DNA of 64,000 nucleotides from the human T2T-CHM13v2.0 reference genome, Homo sapiens. A program made the translations under genes and the position numbers. Where the stretch lies: the NCBI RefSeq assembly GCF_009914755.1, contig NC_060933.1. The stretch is one strand, 5' to 3'. Positions within the stretch are counted from its first letter, which is position 1. Every line of letters begins with the position of its first letter. Below are positions 26,501-42,400 of this stretch, piece by piece. The notes beneath the pieces were generated by a model that was given only the letters and a program-made list of their open reading frames with translations, searched no databases and was not told the origin of the DNA.

Positions 26501-29500
26501 GAATGGAATGGAACGGAACGGAATGGAATGGAATGGAATGGAACGGAACGGAATGTAATGTAATGGAATGGAATGGAATCTTCCGGAATGGAATGGAAAG
26601 TAATGGAATCAACCCGAGTGCAATGGAATGGAGTGGAATGGAATGGAATGGAATGGAACAACCCGAATGCAATCGAATGTAATGGAGAGTAAGGGAGTTG
26701 AATAGAATCAATCCGAATGTAATGGAATGGAATGTAACGGAATGGAATGGAATGGAATGGAATTGAATGGAATGGAATGCAATGGAATGGAATCAACCCG
26801 AGTGCAATCGAATGGAATCGAATGGAATGGAATGCAATGGAATGGATTCAACTAGAATGGAATGGAAAGAATGAAATCAACACGAGTGGAAGGGCATGGA
26901 TTGGAATGGAATGGAATGGAATCAACCCGAGTACAGGGGAATGGAATGGAATGGAATGCAATGGAATGGAATCATCCGTAATGGAATGGAAAGGAATGGA
27001 ATGGAATGGAATGGAATGGAATGGAACGGAAAGGAATGGAATGGAATGGAATGGAATGGAATGGAATGGAATGGAATGGAATCAACGCGAGTGCAGGGGA
27101 ATGGAATGGAATGGAATGCAATGGAATGGGATCTTCCGGAATGGAATGGAATGGAATGGAATGGAACGGAATGGAATGGAATAAACCCGAGTGCAATGGA
27201 ATGGAGTGGAATGGAATGGAATGGAATGGAACAACCCGAATGGAATGGAATGGAATGGAGAGTAAGGGAGTTGAATAGAATCAATCCGAATGTAATGGAA
27301 TGGAATGGAACGGAATGGAATTGAATGGAATGGAATGGAATGCAATGGAATGGAATCAACCCGAGTGCAATGGAATGGAGAGGAATGGAATGGAATGGAA
27401 TGGAAACTACCCGAATGGAATGGAATGTAATGGAGTGCAAGGGAATTGAATAGAATCAATCCGAATATAATGGAATGGAATGGAACGGAATGGAATGGAA
27501 TGGAATGGAATGGAATGGAATGGAATGCAATGGAATGGAATCAACCCGAGTGCAATCGAATGGAATCGAATGGAATGGAATGCAATGGAATGGATTCAAC
27601 TTGAATGGAATGGAAAGAATGGAATCAACACGAGTGGAAGGGCATGGATTGGAATGCAATGGAATGGAATCAACCCGAGTACAGGGGAATGGAATGGAAT
27701 GGAATGCAATGGAATGGAATCATCCGTAATGGAATGGAAAGGAATGGAATGGAATGGAATGGAATGGAATCAACACGATTGCAATCGAATGGAATGGAAT
27801 AGAATTAACCCGAATAGAATGGAATGGAATGGAATGGAACGGAACGGAATGGAATGGAATGGAATGGAATGGAATGGAACGGAACGGAATGGAATGGAAT
27901 GGAATGGAATGGAATGGAATGGAATCAACGCGAGTGCAGGGGAATGGAAAGGAATGGAATGCAATGGAATGGAATCTTCCGGAATAGAATGGAATGGAAT
28001 GGAATGGAATGGAATGAAATGCAATGGATTCAACTCGATTGCAATGGAATGTAATAGAATGGGATGGAATGGAATGGAATGGAATTAACCCGAATAGAAT
28101 GGAATGGAATGGAATGGAACGGAATGGAACGGAACGGAATGGAATGGAATGGAATGGAATGGAATGGAATGGAATGGAATGGAATGGTATGGAATGGAAT
28201 GGAATGGTACGGAATAGATTGGAATGGAACGAATTGTAATGCAATGGAATTGAATGGAATGGAATGGAATGGAATGGAATCAACGCGAGTGCAGGGGAAT
28301 GTAATGGAACGGAATGCAATGGAATGGAATCATCCGGAATGGAATGGAATGGAATGGAATGGAATGGAATGGAATCAACCCGAGTGCAATGGAATGGAGT
28401 GGAATGGAATGGAATGGAATGGAACAACCCGAATGGAATGGAATGTAATGGAGAGTAAGGGAGTTGAATAGAATCAATCCGAATGTAATGGAATGGAATG
28501 CAACGGAATGGAATGGAATGGAATGCAATGGAATGGAATGGAATGCAAAGGAATGGAATCAACCCGAGTGGAATGGCATGGAATGGAATGCAATGGAATG
28601 GAATGGAATGGAATGGAATGGAATGGAATCAACTCGATTGGAATGGAATGGAATGGAATGGAATGGAATGGAATTAACCCGAATAGAATGGAAAGGAATG
28701 GAATGGAACGGAACGGAATGGAACGGAATGGAATGGAATGGAATGGAATGGAATGGAATGGAATGGAATCAACCCGACTGCAGGGGAATGGAATGGAATG
28801 GAATGCAATGGAATGGATTCAACTTGAATGGAATGGAAAGAATGGAATCAACACGAGTGGAATGGCATGGATTTGAATGGAATGGAATGGAATCAACCCA
28901 AGTACAGGGGAATGGAATGCAATGGAATGCAATGGAATGGAATCATCCGTAATGGAATGGAAAGGAATGGAAAGGAATGGAATGGAATGGAATGGAATGG
29001 AATGGAATGCCTTCAAACCGAAAGGAATGGAAAGGAATGGAATCAACACGAGTGGAAAGGAATGGAATGGAAAGGAAAGGAATGGAATGGAATGGTACCG
29101 AATAGAATGGAATGGAACGAACTGGAATGGAATGGAATGGAATGGAATGGAATGGAATGGAATGGAATGGAATGGAATCGTTCCGAGTGGAATAGGAGGG
29201 AATGTATTCGAGTGGAATGGAAAGGAATGGAATCAAAAAGAGTGGAATGGAAGGGAATGGAATGGAATGGAAACTAATAGAATGGAATCAACCCGAGTGG
29301 AATGGAATGGAAAGGACTGGAATGGAATGGAATGGAATGGAATGGAATGGAATCAACTCGATTGTAATGGAATGGAATGGAATGGAATGGAATGGAATGG
29401 AATGGAATGGAATGGAATTAACCCGAATAGAATGGAATGGAATGGAATTGAACGGAACGGAACGGAACGGAATGGAATGGAATGGAATGGAATGGAACGG

Positions 29501-32500
29501 AAAGGAATGGAATGGAATGGAATGGAATGGAATGGAATGGAATGGAATGGAATCAACGCGAGTGCAGGGGAATGGAATGGAATGGAATGCAATGGAATGG
29601 AAGCTTCCGGAATGGAATGGAATGGAATGGAATGGAATGGAATAAACCCGAGTGCAATGGAATGGAGTGGAATGGAATAGAATGGAATGGAACAACCCGA
29701 ATGGAATGGAATGTAATGGAGAGTAAGGGAGTTGAATAGAGTCAATCCGAATGTAATGGAATGGAATGGAACGGAATGGAATTGAATGGAATGGAATGGA
29801 ATGCAATGGAATGGAATCAACCCGAGTGCAATGGAATGGAGAGGAATGGAATGGTATGGAATGGGAACTACCCGAATGGAATGGAATGTAATGGAGTGTA
29901 AGGGAATTGAATAGAATCAATCCGAATGTAATGGAATGGAATGGAACGGAATGGAATGGAATGGAATGGAATGGAATCAACCCGAGTGCAGTCGAATGGA
30001 ATCGAATGGAATGGAATGCAATGGAATGGATTCAACTTGAATGGAATGGAAAGAATGGAATCAACACGAGTGGAAGGGCATGGATTGGAATGCAATGGAA
30101 TGGAATCAACTCGAGTACAGGGGAATGGAATGGAATGGAATGCAATGGAATGGAATCATCCGTAATGGAATGGAAAGGAATGGAATGGAATGGAAGGGAA
30201 TGGAATGGAATGAAATGGAATGGAATCAACTCGATTGCAGTCGAATGGAATGGAATGGAATTAACCCGAATAGAATGGAATGGAATGGAATGGAACGGAA
30301 CGGAACGGAACGGAACGGAATGGAATGGAATGGAATGGAACGGAAAGGAATGGAGTGGAATGGAATGGAATGGAATGGAATGGAATCAACGCGAGTGCAG
30401 GGGAATGGAATGGAATGGAATGCAATGGAATGGAATCATCCGGAATGGAATGGAATGGAATGGAATGGAATCAACCCGAGTGCAATGGAATGGAGTGAAA
30501 TGGAATGGAATGGAATGGAACAACCCGAATGGAATGGAATGTAATGGAGAGTAAGGGAGTTGAATAGAATCAATCCGAATGTAATGGAATGGAATGCAAC
30601 GGAATAGAATGGAATGGAATGCAATGGAATGCAATCAACCCGAGTACAATGGAATGGAATGGAATGGAATGGAATGGAATGGAATGGAATGGAATGCCTT
30701 CAAACCGAATGGAATGGAAATGAAAGGAATCAACACGAGTGGAATGGAATGGAATGGAATGGAATGATACGGAATAGAATGGAATGGAACGAAATGGAAT
30801 GGAATGGAATGGAATGGAATGGAATGGAATGGATTGGAATCGTTCCGAGTGGAATAGGAGGGAATGTATTCGAGTGGAATGGAAAGGAATGGAATCAACT
30901 AGAGTGGAATGGAAGGGAATGGAATGGAATGGAAACTAATAGAATGGAATCAACCCGAGTAGAATGGAATGGAAAGGACTGGAATGGAATGGAATGGAAT
31001 GGAATTGAATGGAATCAACTCGATTGTAATGGAATGGAATGGAATGGAATGGAATTAACCCGAATACAATGGAATGGAATGGAGTGGAACGGAATGGAGT
31101 GGAATGGAATGGAATCAACCCGAGTGCAGGGGAATGGAATGGAATGGAATGCAATGGAATGGAATCATCCGGAATCAAATGGAATGGAATGGAATGCAAA
31201 GCAATGGAATCAACTCGATTGCAATGGAATGGAATGGAATGGAAAGGAATACATTGGAATCAACCCGAGTGGAATGGAATGGAAAGGACTGGAATGGAGT
31301 GGAATGGAATGGAATGGAATGGAATGGAATCAACTCGATTGGAATGGAATGGAATGGAATGGAATGGAATGGAATTAACCCGAATAGAATGGAATGGAAT
31401 GGAATGGAACGGAACGGAACGGAACCGAATGGAATGGAATGGAATGGAATTGAATGGAATGGAATGGAATCAACCCGACTGCAGGGGAATGGAATGGAAT
31501 GGAATGCAATGGAATGGATTCAACTTGAATGGAATGGATAGAATGGAATCAACACGAGTGGAATGGCATGGATTGGAATGGAATGGAATGGAATGAACCC
31601 GAGTACAGGGGAATGGAATGGAATGGAATGCAATGGAATGGAATCATACGTAATGGAATGGAAAGGAATGGAATGGAATGGAATGGAATGGAATGGAATG
31701 GAATGGAATGGAATGGAATGGAATCAACTCGATTGCAATCGAATGGAATGGAATGGAATTAACCCGAATAGAATGGAATGGAATGGAATGGAACGGAACG
31801 GAACGGAATGGAATGGAACGGAATGGAATGGAATGCCATGGAATGGAACGGAAAGGAATGGAATGGAATGGAATGGAATGGAATGGAATGGAATCAACGC
31901 GAGTGCAGGGGAATGGAATGGAATGGAATGCAATGGAATGGAATCTTCCGGAATGGAATGGAATGGAATGGAATGGAATGGAATCGAATGGAATAAACCC
32001 GAGAGCAATGGAATGGAGTGGAATGGAATGGAATGGAATGGAACAGCCCGAATGGAATGGAATGTAATGGAGAGTAAGGGAGTTGAATAGAATCCATTCG
32101 AATGTAATGGAATGCAATGAAACGGAATGGAACTGAATGGAATGGAATGGAATGCAATGGAATGGAATCAACCCGAGTGCAATGGAATGGAGAGGAATGG
32201 AATGGAATGGAATGGAAACTACCCGAATGGAATGGAATGTAATGGAGTGTAAGGGAATTGAATAAAATCAATCCGAATGTAATGGAATGGAACGGAATGG
32301 AATGGAATGGAATGGAATGGAATGGAATGGAATGGAATCAACCCGAGTGCAATCGAATGGAATCGAATGGAATGGAATGCAATGGAATGGATTCAACTTG
32401 AATGGAATGGAAAGAATGGAATCAACACGAGTGGAAGGGCATGGATTGGAATGCAATGGAATGGAATGAACCCGAGTACAGGGGAATGGAATGGAATGGA

Positions 32501-35500
32501 ATGCAATGGAATGGAATCATCCGTAATGGAATGGAAAGGAATGGAATGGAATGGAATGGAATGGAATGGAATGGAATGGAATGGAATCAACACGATTGCA
32601 ATCGAATGGAATGGAATGGAATTAACCCGAATAGAATGGAATGGAATGGAGTGGAACGGAACGGAATGGAATGGAATAGAATCAACCCGAGTGCAGGGGA
32701 ATGGAATGGAATGGAATGCAATGGAATGGAATCATCCGGAATGGAATGGAATGGAATGGAATGCAAAGCAATGGAATCAACTCGATTGCAATGGAATGCA
32801 ATGGAATGGAAAGGAATACATTGGAATCAACCCGAGTGGAATGGAATGGAAAGGACTGGAATGGAGTGGAATGGAATGGAATGGAATGGAATGGAATCAA
32901 CTCGATTGGAATGGAATGGAATGGAATGGAATGGAATGGAATGGAATTAACCCGAATAGAATGGAATGGAATGGAATGGAACGGAACGGAAAGGAATGGA
33001 ATGGAATGGAATGGAATGGAATGGAATGGAATGGAATGGAATGGAATCAACCCGACTGCAGGGGAATGGAATGGAATGGAATGCAATGGAATGGATTCAA
33101 CTTGAATGGAATGGAAAGAATGGAATGGAATGGAATGGAATGGAATGGAATGGTATCAACTCGAGTGCAGTCGAATGGAATGGAATGGAATTAACCCGAA
33201 TAGAATGGAATGGAATGGAATGTAACGGAACGGAACGGAACGGAACGGAACGGAATGGAATGGAATGGAATGGAATGGAATGGAACGGAAAGGAATGGAA
33301 TGGAATGGAATGGAAAGGAATGGAATGGAATCAACGCGAGTGCAGGGGAAAGGAATGGAATGGAATCTTCCGGAATGGAATGGAATGGAATGGAATGGAA
33401 TGGAATGGAATCAACCCGAGTGTAATGGAATGGAGTGGAATGGAATGGAATGGAATGGAACAACCCGAATGGAATGGAATGTAATGGAGAGTAAGGGAGT
33501 TGAATAGAATCAATCCGAATGTAATGGAATGGAATGGAACGGAATGGAATTGAATGGAATGGAATGGAATGCAATGGAATGGAATCAACCCGAGTGCAAT
33601 GGAACGGAGAGGAATGGAATGGAATGGAATGGAAACTACCCGAAAGGAATGGAATGCAATGGAATGGAATCAACCCGAGTGCAATGGAATGGAGAGAAAT
33701 GGAATGGAATGGAGTGGAAACTACCCGAATGGAATGGAATGTAATGGAGTGTAGGGGAATTGAATAGAATCAATCCGAATGTAATGGAAAGGAATGGAAC
33801 GGAATGGAATGGAATGGAATGGAATGGAATGGAATGGAAAGGAATGCAATGGAATGGAATCAACCCGAGTGCAATCGAATGGAATCGAATGGAACGGAAT
33901 GCAATGGAATGGAATCAACTCGATTGCAATCGAATGGAATGGAATGGAATTAACCCGAATAGAATGGAATGGAATGGAATGGAAAGGAACGGAATGGAAT
34001 GGAATGGAATGGAACGGAACGGAATGGGATGGAATGGAATGGAATGGAATCAATGCGAGTGCAGGGGAATGGAATGGAATAGAATGCAATGGAATGGAAT
34101 CTTCCAGAATGGAATGGAATGGAATGGAATGGAATGAAATGCAATGGATTCAACTCGATTGCAATGGAATGGAATAGAATGGAATGGAATGGAATGGAAT
34201 GGAATGAACCCGAATAGAATGGAATGGAATGCAATGGAACGGAATGGAACGGAATGGAATGGAATGGAATGGAATGGAATGGTATGGAATGGAATGGAAT
34301 GGTACGGAATAGAATGGAATGTAACGAATTGTAATGGAATGGAATTGAATGGAATGGAATGGAATCAACGCGAGTGCAGGGGAATGTAATGGAACGGAAT
34401 GCAATGGAATGGAATCATCCGGAATGGAATGGAATGGAATGGAATGGAATGGAATGGAATGGAATCAACCCGAGTGCAATGGAATGGAGTGGAATGGAAT
34501 GGAATGGAATGGAACAACCCGAATGGAATGGAATGTAATGGAATGTAAGGGAGTTGAATAGAATCAATCCGAATGTAATGGAATGGAATGCAACGGAATG
34601 GAATGGAATGGAATGCAATGGAATGCAATCAACCCGAGTACAATGGAATGGAATGGAATGGAATGGAATGGAATGGAATGGAATGCCTTCAAACCGAATG
34701 GAATGGAAAGGAATGGAATCAACACGAGTGGAATGGAATGGAATGGAATGGAATGGAATGGAATGGAATGATACGGAATAGAATGGAATGGAACGAAATG
34801 GAATGGAATGGAATGGAATGGAATGGAATGGAATGGAATGGAATGGAATGGAATGGAATCGTTCCGAGTGGAATAGGAGGGAATGTATTCGAGTGGAATG
34901 GAAAGGAATGGAATCAACCAGAGTGGAATGGAAGGGAATGGAATGGAATGGAAACTAATAGAATGGAATCAACCCGAGTGGAATGGAATGGAAAGTTCTG
35001 GAATGGAATGGAATGGAATGGTATCAACTCGATTGTAATGGAATGGAATGGAATGGAATGGAATGGAATGGAATGGAATTAACCCCAATACAATGGAATG
35101 GAATGGAATGGAACGGAATGGAGTGGAATGGAATGTAATCAACCCGAGTGCAGGGGAATGGAATGGAATGGAATGCAATGGAATGGAATAATCCGGTATG
35201 GAATGGAATGGAATGGAATGCAAAGCAATGGAATCAACTCGATTGCAATGGAATGGAATGCAATGGAAAGGAATACTTTGGAATCAACCCGAGTGGAATG
35301 CAATGGAAACGACTGGAATGGAGTGGAATGGAATGGAATGGAATGGTATGGAATCAACTCGATTGGAATGGAATTGAATGGAATGGAATAGAATGGAATG
35401 GAATGGAATCAACCCGACTGCAGGGGAATGGAATGGAATGGAATGCAATGGAATGGATTCAACTTGAATGGAATGGAAAGAATGGAATCAACACGGGTGG

Positions 35501-36400
35501 AATGGCATGGATTGGAATGGAATGGAATGGAATCAACCCGAGTACAGGGGAATGGAATGGAATGGAATGCAATGGAATGGAATCATCCGTAATGGAATGG
35601 AAAGGAATGGAATGGAATGGAATGGAATGGAATGGAATGGAATGGAATGGAATCAACTCGATTGCAATCGAATGGAATGGAATGGAATTAACCCGAATAG
35701 AATGGAATGGAATGGAATGGAACGGAACGGAACGGAATGGAATGGAATGGAATGGAATGGAATGGAATGGAACGGAAAGGAATGGAATGGAATGGAATGG
35801 AATGGAATGGAATGGAATGGAATGGAATCAACGCGAGGGCAGGGGAATGGAATGGAATGGAATGCAATGGAATGGAATTTTCCGGAATGGAATGGAATGG
35901 AATGGAATGGAATGGAATGGAATGGAATGGAATAAACCCGAGTGCAATGGACTGGAGTGGAATGGAATGGAGTGGAATGGAATGGAATGGAATGGAACAG
36001 CCCGAATGGAATGGAATGTAAAGGAGAGTAAGGGAGTTGAATAGAATCAATCCGAATGTAATGGAATGGAATGGAACGGAATGGAATTGAATTGAATGGA
36101 ATGGAATGCAATGGAATGTAATCAACCCGAGTGCAATGGAATGGAGAGGAATGGAATGGAATGGAATGGAAACTACCCGAATGGAATGGAATGTAATGGA
36201 GTGTAAGGGAATTGAATAGAATCAATCCGAATGTAATGGAATGGAATGGAACGCAATGGAATGGAATGGAATGGAATAAAATGGAATGGAATGGAATGCA
36301 ATGGAATGGAATCAACCCGAGTACAGGGGAATGGAATGGAATGGAATGCAATGGAATGGAATCATCCGTAATGGAATGGAAAGGAATGGAATGGAATGGA
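23561..36400 (+). repeat. Variant domain A2
   Basis: Markers ggagagtaagggagttgaatag, caacgcgagtgcagggg, tcttccgg, ttcaacttgaatggaatggaaaga, tcgttccgagtggaataggaggg, tgccttcaaaccga, and (GGAAC)n runs. Confidence 0.78.
24667..35888 (+). promoter_or_regulatory. Dispersed canonical heat-shock-element matches (nGAAnnTTCnnGAAn) in domain A2
   Basis: 15-mers at 24667, 25936, 26575, 27971, 29599, 31940, 33362, 34096 and 35874. The motif match is direct; function is untested. Confidence 0.55.
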
Positions 36401-39400
36401 ATGGAATGGAATGGAATGGAATGGATTCAACACGAATGGAATGGAAAGGAATGGAATAAACCCGCGTGGAATGGCATGGAATGGAGTGGAATGGAATGGA
36501 ATGGAAAGGAATGGAATCAACCCGAGTGCAATGTAATGGAATCGAATGGAATGGAATGGAATGGAATGGATTCAACCCGAATGGAATGGAAAGGAATGGA
36601 ATCAACCCGAGTGGAATGGCATGGAGTGGAGTGGAATGGAATGGAATAGAATGGAATGGAATGGAATGGAATGGTACGGAATATAATGGAATGGAACGAA
36701 ATGGAATGGAATGGAATGGAATGGAATGGAATGGAATGGAATGGAATGGAATGAACCCGTGTGCAATGGAATGGAATCGAATGGAATGGAATGGATTGGA
36801 ATGGATTCAACTCGAATGGAATGGAAAGGAATGGAATCAACCCGAGTGGAATGGCATGGAATGGAATGGAATGGAATGGAATGGAATGGAATGGAATGGA
36901 ATGGAATGGTACGGAATAGAATGGAAAGGAACGAAATGGAATGGAATGAAATGGAATGGAATGGAATGGAATGGAATGGAATGGAATGGAATGGAATCAA
37001 CCCGAGTGCAGGGGAATGGAATGGAATTGAAGGCAATGGAATGGAATCATCCGGAATTGAATGGAATGGAATGGAATCAACTCGATTGCAATGGAATGGA
37101 ATGGAATGGAATGGAATGGAATGGAATGGAATGGAATTAACCCGAATAGAATGGAATGGAATGGAATGGAAGTAAATGGAATGGAAGGTAATGAACCTGA
37201 GTGCAGGGGAATGGAATGGAATGGAATGCAATGGAATGGAGTCATCCGGAATGGAACGGAAAGGAATGGAATGGAACCAACCCGTGTGCAATGGAATTGA
37301 AAGGAATGGAATGGAATGGAATGGAATGGAATGGAATGGAATGGAATGGAAAGGATACAACCAGAATGGAATGGAAAGGAAGGGAATCAACCCAAGTGGA
37401 ATGGCATGGAATGGAATGGATTGGAATGGAATGGAATGGAATGGTACCGAATGGAATGGAATGGAATGGTACCGAATAGAATGGAATGGAACGAAATGGA
37501 ATGGAATGGAATGGAATGGAATGGAATGAACCCGTGTGCAATGGATTGGAATGGAATGGAATGGAATGGAATGGAATGGGTTCGACTCGAATGGAACGGA
37601 ATGGAATGAAATCAACCCGAGTGGAATGGCATGGAATGGAATGGAATGGAATGGAATGGAATGGAATGGAATGGAATGGAAACAACACGAGTGCAATGTA
37701 ATGGAATCGAATGGAATGGAATGCAATGGATTCAACCCGAATGGAATGGAAACGAATGGAATAAAACCGAGTGGAATGGCATGGAATGGAGTCTAATGGA
37801 ATGGAATGGAATGGAATGGAATGGAATGGAATGGAAGTAAATGCAATGGAATGGAATGAACCCGAGTGCGGGGGAATGGAGTGGAATGGAGTGGAATGGA
37901 ATGGAATGGAATGGAATGGAATGCAGTGGAATGGAATCAAACCTAGTGCAATTGAATGGAATGGAATGGAATGGAATGGAATGGAATGGAATGGAATCAA
38001 CCCGAGTGCAGGGGAATGGAGTGGAATGGAAGGCAATGGAATGGAATCATCCGGAATGGAATGGAATGGAATGGAATGGAATGGAATGGAATCAACCTGA
38101 GTGCATGGGAATGGAATGCAATGGAATGCAATGGAATGGAATGGAATGGAATGCAATGGAAACAACTCGATTGCAATGGAATGGAATGGAATGGAATGGA
38201 ATGGAATGGAATGGAATGGAATGGAATTAACCTGAACAGAATGGAACGGAATGGAATGGAATGGAACGGAATGGAATGGAATGGAATGGAACGGAATCAA
38301 CCCGAGTGCAGGGGAATGGAATGGAATGGAATGCAATGGAATGGATTCATCCGGAATGGAATAGAATGGAATGGAATGGAATCTATCAACCCGAGTGCAA
38401 TGCAATGGAGTGGAATGGAATGGAATGGAACGGAAACTACCCGAATGGAATGGAATGTAATGGAGTGTAAGGGAATTGAAAAGAATCAATCCGAATGTAA
38501 TGGAATGGAATGGAACGGAATGAAATGGAATGGCATGGAATGGAATGGAATCAACCCGAGTGCAATGGAATGGAATGGAAAGGAATGGATTCAACCCGAA
38601 TGGAATGGAAAGGAATGGAAAAAACCGAGTGGAATGGCATGGAATGGAATGGAATGGAATGGAATGGAATGGAATGGAATGGTACGGAATAGAATGGAAT
38701 GGAACGAAATGGAATGGAATGGAATGGAATGGAATGGAATGGAATGGAATGGAATGGAATGAACCCGTGTGCACTGGATTGGAATGGAATGGAATAGAAT
38801 GGAATGGAATGGAATGGAATGGTTTCAACTCGAATGGAATGGAAAGGAATGGAATCAACCCGAGTGGAATGGCATGGAATGGAATGGAATGGAATGGAAT
38901 GGAATGGAATGGAATAGAATGGAATGGAATGGAATGGAAACAACACGAGTGCAATGTAATGGAATCGAGTGGAATGGAATTGAATGGAAAGGAATGGATT
39001 CAATCCGAATGGAATGGAAAGGAATGGAATAAACCCGAGAGGAATAGCATGGAATGGAGTGGAATGGAATGGAATGGAATGGAATGGAATGGTATGGAAT
39101 AGAATGGAATGGAACTAAATGGAATGGAATGGAATGGAATGGAATGGAATGAAATGAACCCGTGTGCAATGGAATGGAATCGAATGGAATGGAATGGAAT
39201 GGAATGGATTCAACTCGAATGGAATGGAAAGGAATGGAATCAACCCGAGTGGAATAGCATGGATTGGAATGGAAAGGAATGGAATGGAATGGTACGGAAT
39301 AGAGTGGACTGGAACGAAATGGAATGGAATGGAATGGAATGGAATGGAATGGAATGGAATGGAATCAACCCGAGTGCAGGGGAATGGAGTGGAATGGAAG

Positions 39401-42400
39401 GCAATGGAATGGAATCATCCGGAATTGAATGGAATGGAATGGAATGGAAAGAAATAAACTCGATTGAAATGGAATGGGATGGAATGGAATGGAGTGGATG
39501 GGAATGGAATGGAATGTAATGAACCCGAGTGCAGGGGAATGGAATGGAATGGAATGCAATGGAATGGAGTCATCCTGAATGGAACGGAATGGAATGGAAT
39601 GGAATCAACCCGTGTGCAATATAATGGAATCAAAAGGAATGGAATGGAATGGAATGGATTCAACCCAAATGGAATGAAAAGGAATGGAATAAACCCGAGT
39701 GGAATGGCATGGAATGGAGTGGAATGGAATGGAATGGAATGGTACAGAATAGAATGGAATGGAACGAAATGGAATGGAATGGAATGGAATGGAATGGAAT
39801 GGAACGGAATGGAATGGAATGGAATGGAATGGAATGGAATGGAATGAACCCGTGTGCAATGGAATGGAATGGAATGTAATGGGTTCAACACGAATGGAAT
39901 GCAAAGGAATGGAATCAACACGAGTGGAATGGCATGGAATGGAATGGAATGGAATGGAATGTAATGGAATGGAATGAAATGGAATGGAATGGAATGGAAT
40001 GGAATCAACCCGAGTGCAGTGTAATGGAATCGAATGGAATGGAATGGAATGGAATGGATTCAACACGAATGGAATGGAAAGGAATGGAATAAACCCGCGT
40101 GGAATGGCATGGAATGGAGTGGAATGGAATGGAATGGAATGGAATGGAATCAACCCGAGTGCAATGTAATGGAATCGAATGGAATGGAATGGAATGGAAT
40201 GGATTCAACCCGAATGGAATGGAAAGGAATGGAATAAACCCGAGTGGAATGGCATGGAGTGGAGTGGAATGGAATGGAATGGAATGGAATGGAATGGTAC
40301 GGAATATAATGGAATGGAACGAAATGGAATGGAATGGAATGGAATGGAATGGAATGGAATGGAATGGAATGAACCCGTGTGCAATGGAATGGAATCGAAT
40401 GGAATGGAATGGATTGGAATGGATTCAACTCGAATGGAATGGAAAGGAATGGAATCAACCCGAGTGGAATGGCATGGAATGGAATGGAATGGAATGGAAT
40501 GGAATGGAATGGAATGGAATGGTACGGAATAGAATGGAAAGGAACGAAATGGAATGGAATGAAATGGAATGGAATGGAATGGAATGGAATGGAATGGAAT
40601 GGAATCAACCCGAGTGCAGGGGAATGGAATGGAATTGAAGGAAATGGAATGGAATCATCCGGAATTGAATGGAATGGAATGGAATCAACTCGATTGCAAT
40701 GGAATGGAATGGAATGGAATGGAATGGAATGGAATGGAATGGAATCAACCCGAATAGAATGGAATGGAATGGAATGGAAGTAAATGGAATGGAAGGTAAT
40801 GAACCCGAGTGCAGGGGAATGGAATGGAATGGAATGCAATGGAATGGAGTCATCCGGAATGGAACGGAAAGGAATGGAATGGAACCAACCCGTGTGCAAT
40901 GGAATTGAAAGGAATGGAATGGAATGGAATGGAATGGAATGGAATGGAATGGAATGGAATGGATTCAACCCGAATGGAATGGAAAGGAAGGGAATCAACC
41001 CAAGTGGAATGGCATGGAATGGAATGGATTGGAATGGAATGGAATGGAATGGTACCGAATGGAATGGAATGGAATGGTACCGAATGGAATGGAATGGAAC
41101 GAAATGGAATGCAATGGAATGGAATGGAATGGAATGAACCCGTGTGCAATGGATTGGAATGGAATGGAATGGAATGGAATGGAATGGAATTGGTTCGACT
41201 CGAATGGAACGCAATGGAATGAAATCAACCCGAGTGGAATGGCATGGAATGGAATGGAATGGAATGGAATGGAATGGAATGGAAACAACACGAGTGCAAT
41301 GTAATGGAATCGAATGGAATGGAATGCAATGGATTCAACCCGAATGGAATGGAAACGAATGGAATAAAACCGAGTGGAATGGCATGGAATGGAGTCTAAT
41401 GGAATGGAATGGAATGGAATGGAATGGAATGGAAGTAAATGCAATGGAATGGAATGAACCCGAGTGCGGGGGAATGGAATGGAATGGAGTGGAATGGAAT
41501 GGAATGGAATGGAATGGAATGCAGTGGAATGGAATCAAACCTAGTGCAATTGAATGGAATGGAATGGAATGGAATGGAATGGAATGGAATGGATTCAACC
41601 CAAATGGAATGGAAAGCAATGGAAACAACCCGAGTGGAATGGCATGGAATGGAATGGAATGGAATGCAATGGAATGGAATGGAATGGAATGGAATGGAAT
41701 GGAATGGTAAGGAATAGAATGGAATGGAAAGAAATGGAATGGAATGGAATGGAATGGAACGGAATGGAATGGAATCATTCCGAGTGGAATAGAAGGGAAT
41801 GTATTCGAGTGGAATGGAAAGGAATGGAATCAACCAGAGTGGAATGGAAGGGAATGGAATGGAATGGAAACTAATAAAATGGAATCAACACGACTGGAAT
41901 GGAATGGAAAGGACTTGAATGGAATGGAATGGAAAGGAACGGAATGGAATGGAATCAACTCGATTGCAATGGAAGGTAATGGAATGGAATGGAATGGAAT
42001 TACCGCGAATAGAATGGAATGGAATAGAATGGAATCGAATGGAATGGAATGGAATGGAATCAACCTGAGTGCAGGGGATAGGAATGGAATGGAATGCAAT
42101 GGAATGGAATGAAATGGAATGCAATGGAATCAATTCGATTGCAATGGAATGGAATGGAATGGAATGGAAGGGAATGGAATGGAATGGAATTAACCTGAAC
42201 AGAATGGAATGGAATGGAATGGAACGGAACGGAATGGAATGGAATGGAATGGAATGGAATGGAATCAACCCGAGTGCAGGGGAATGGAATAGAATGGAAT
42301 GCAATGGAATGGAATCATCCGGAATGGAATGGAATGGAATGGAATGCAATGGAATGGAATCAATAAACCCGAGTGCAATATAATGCAGTGGAATGGAATG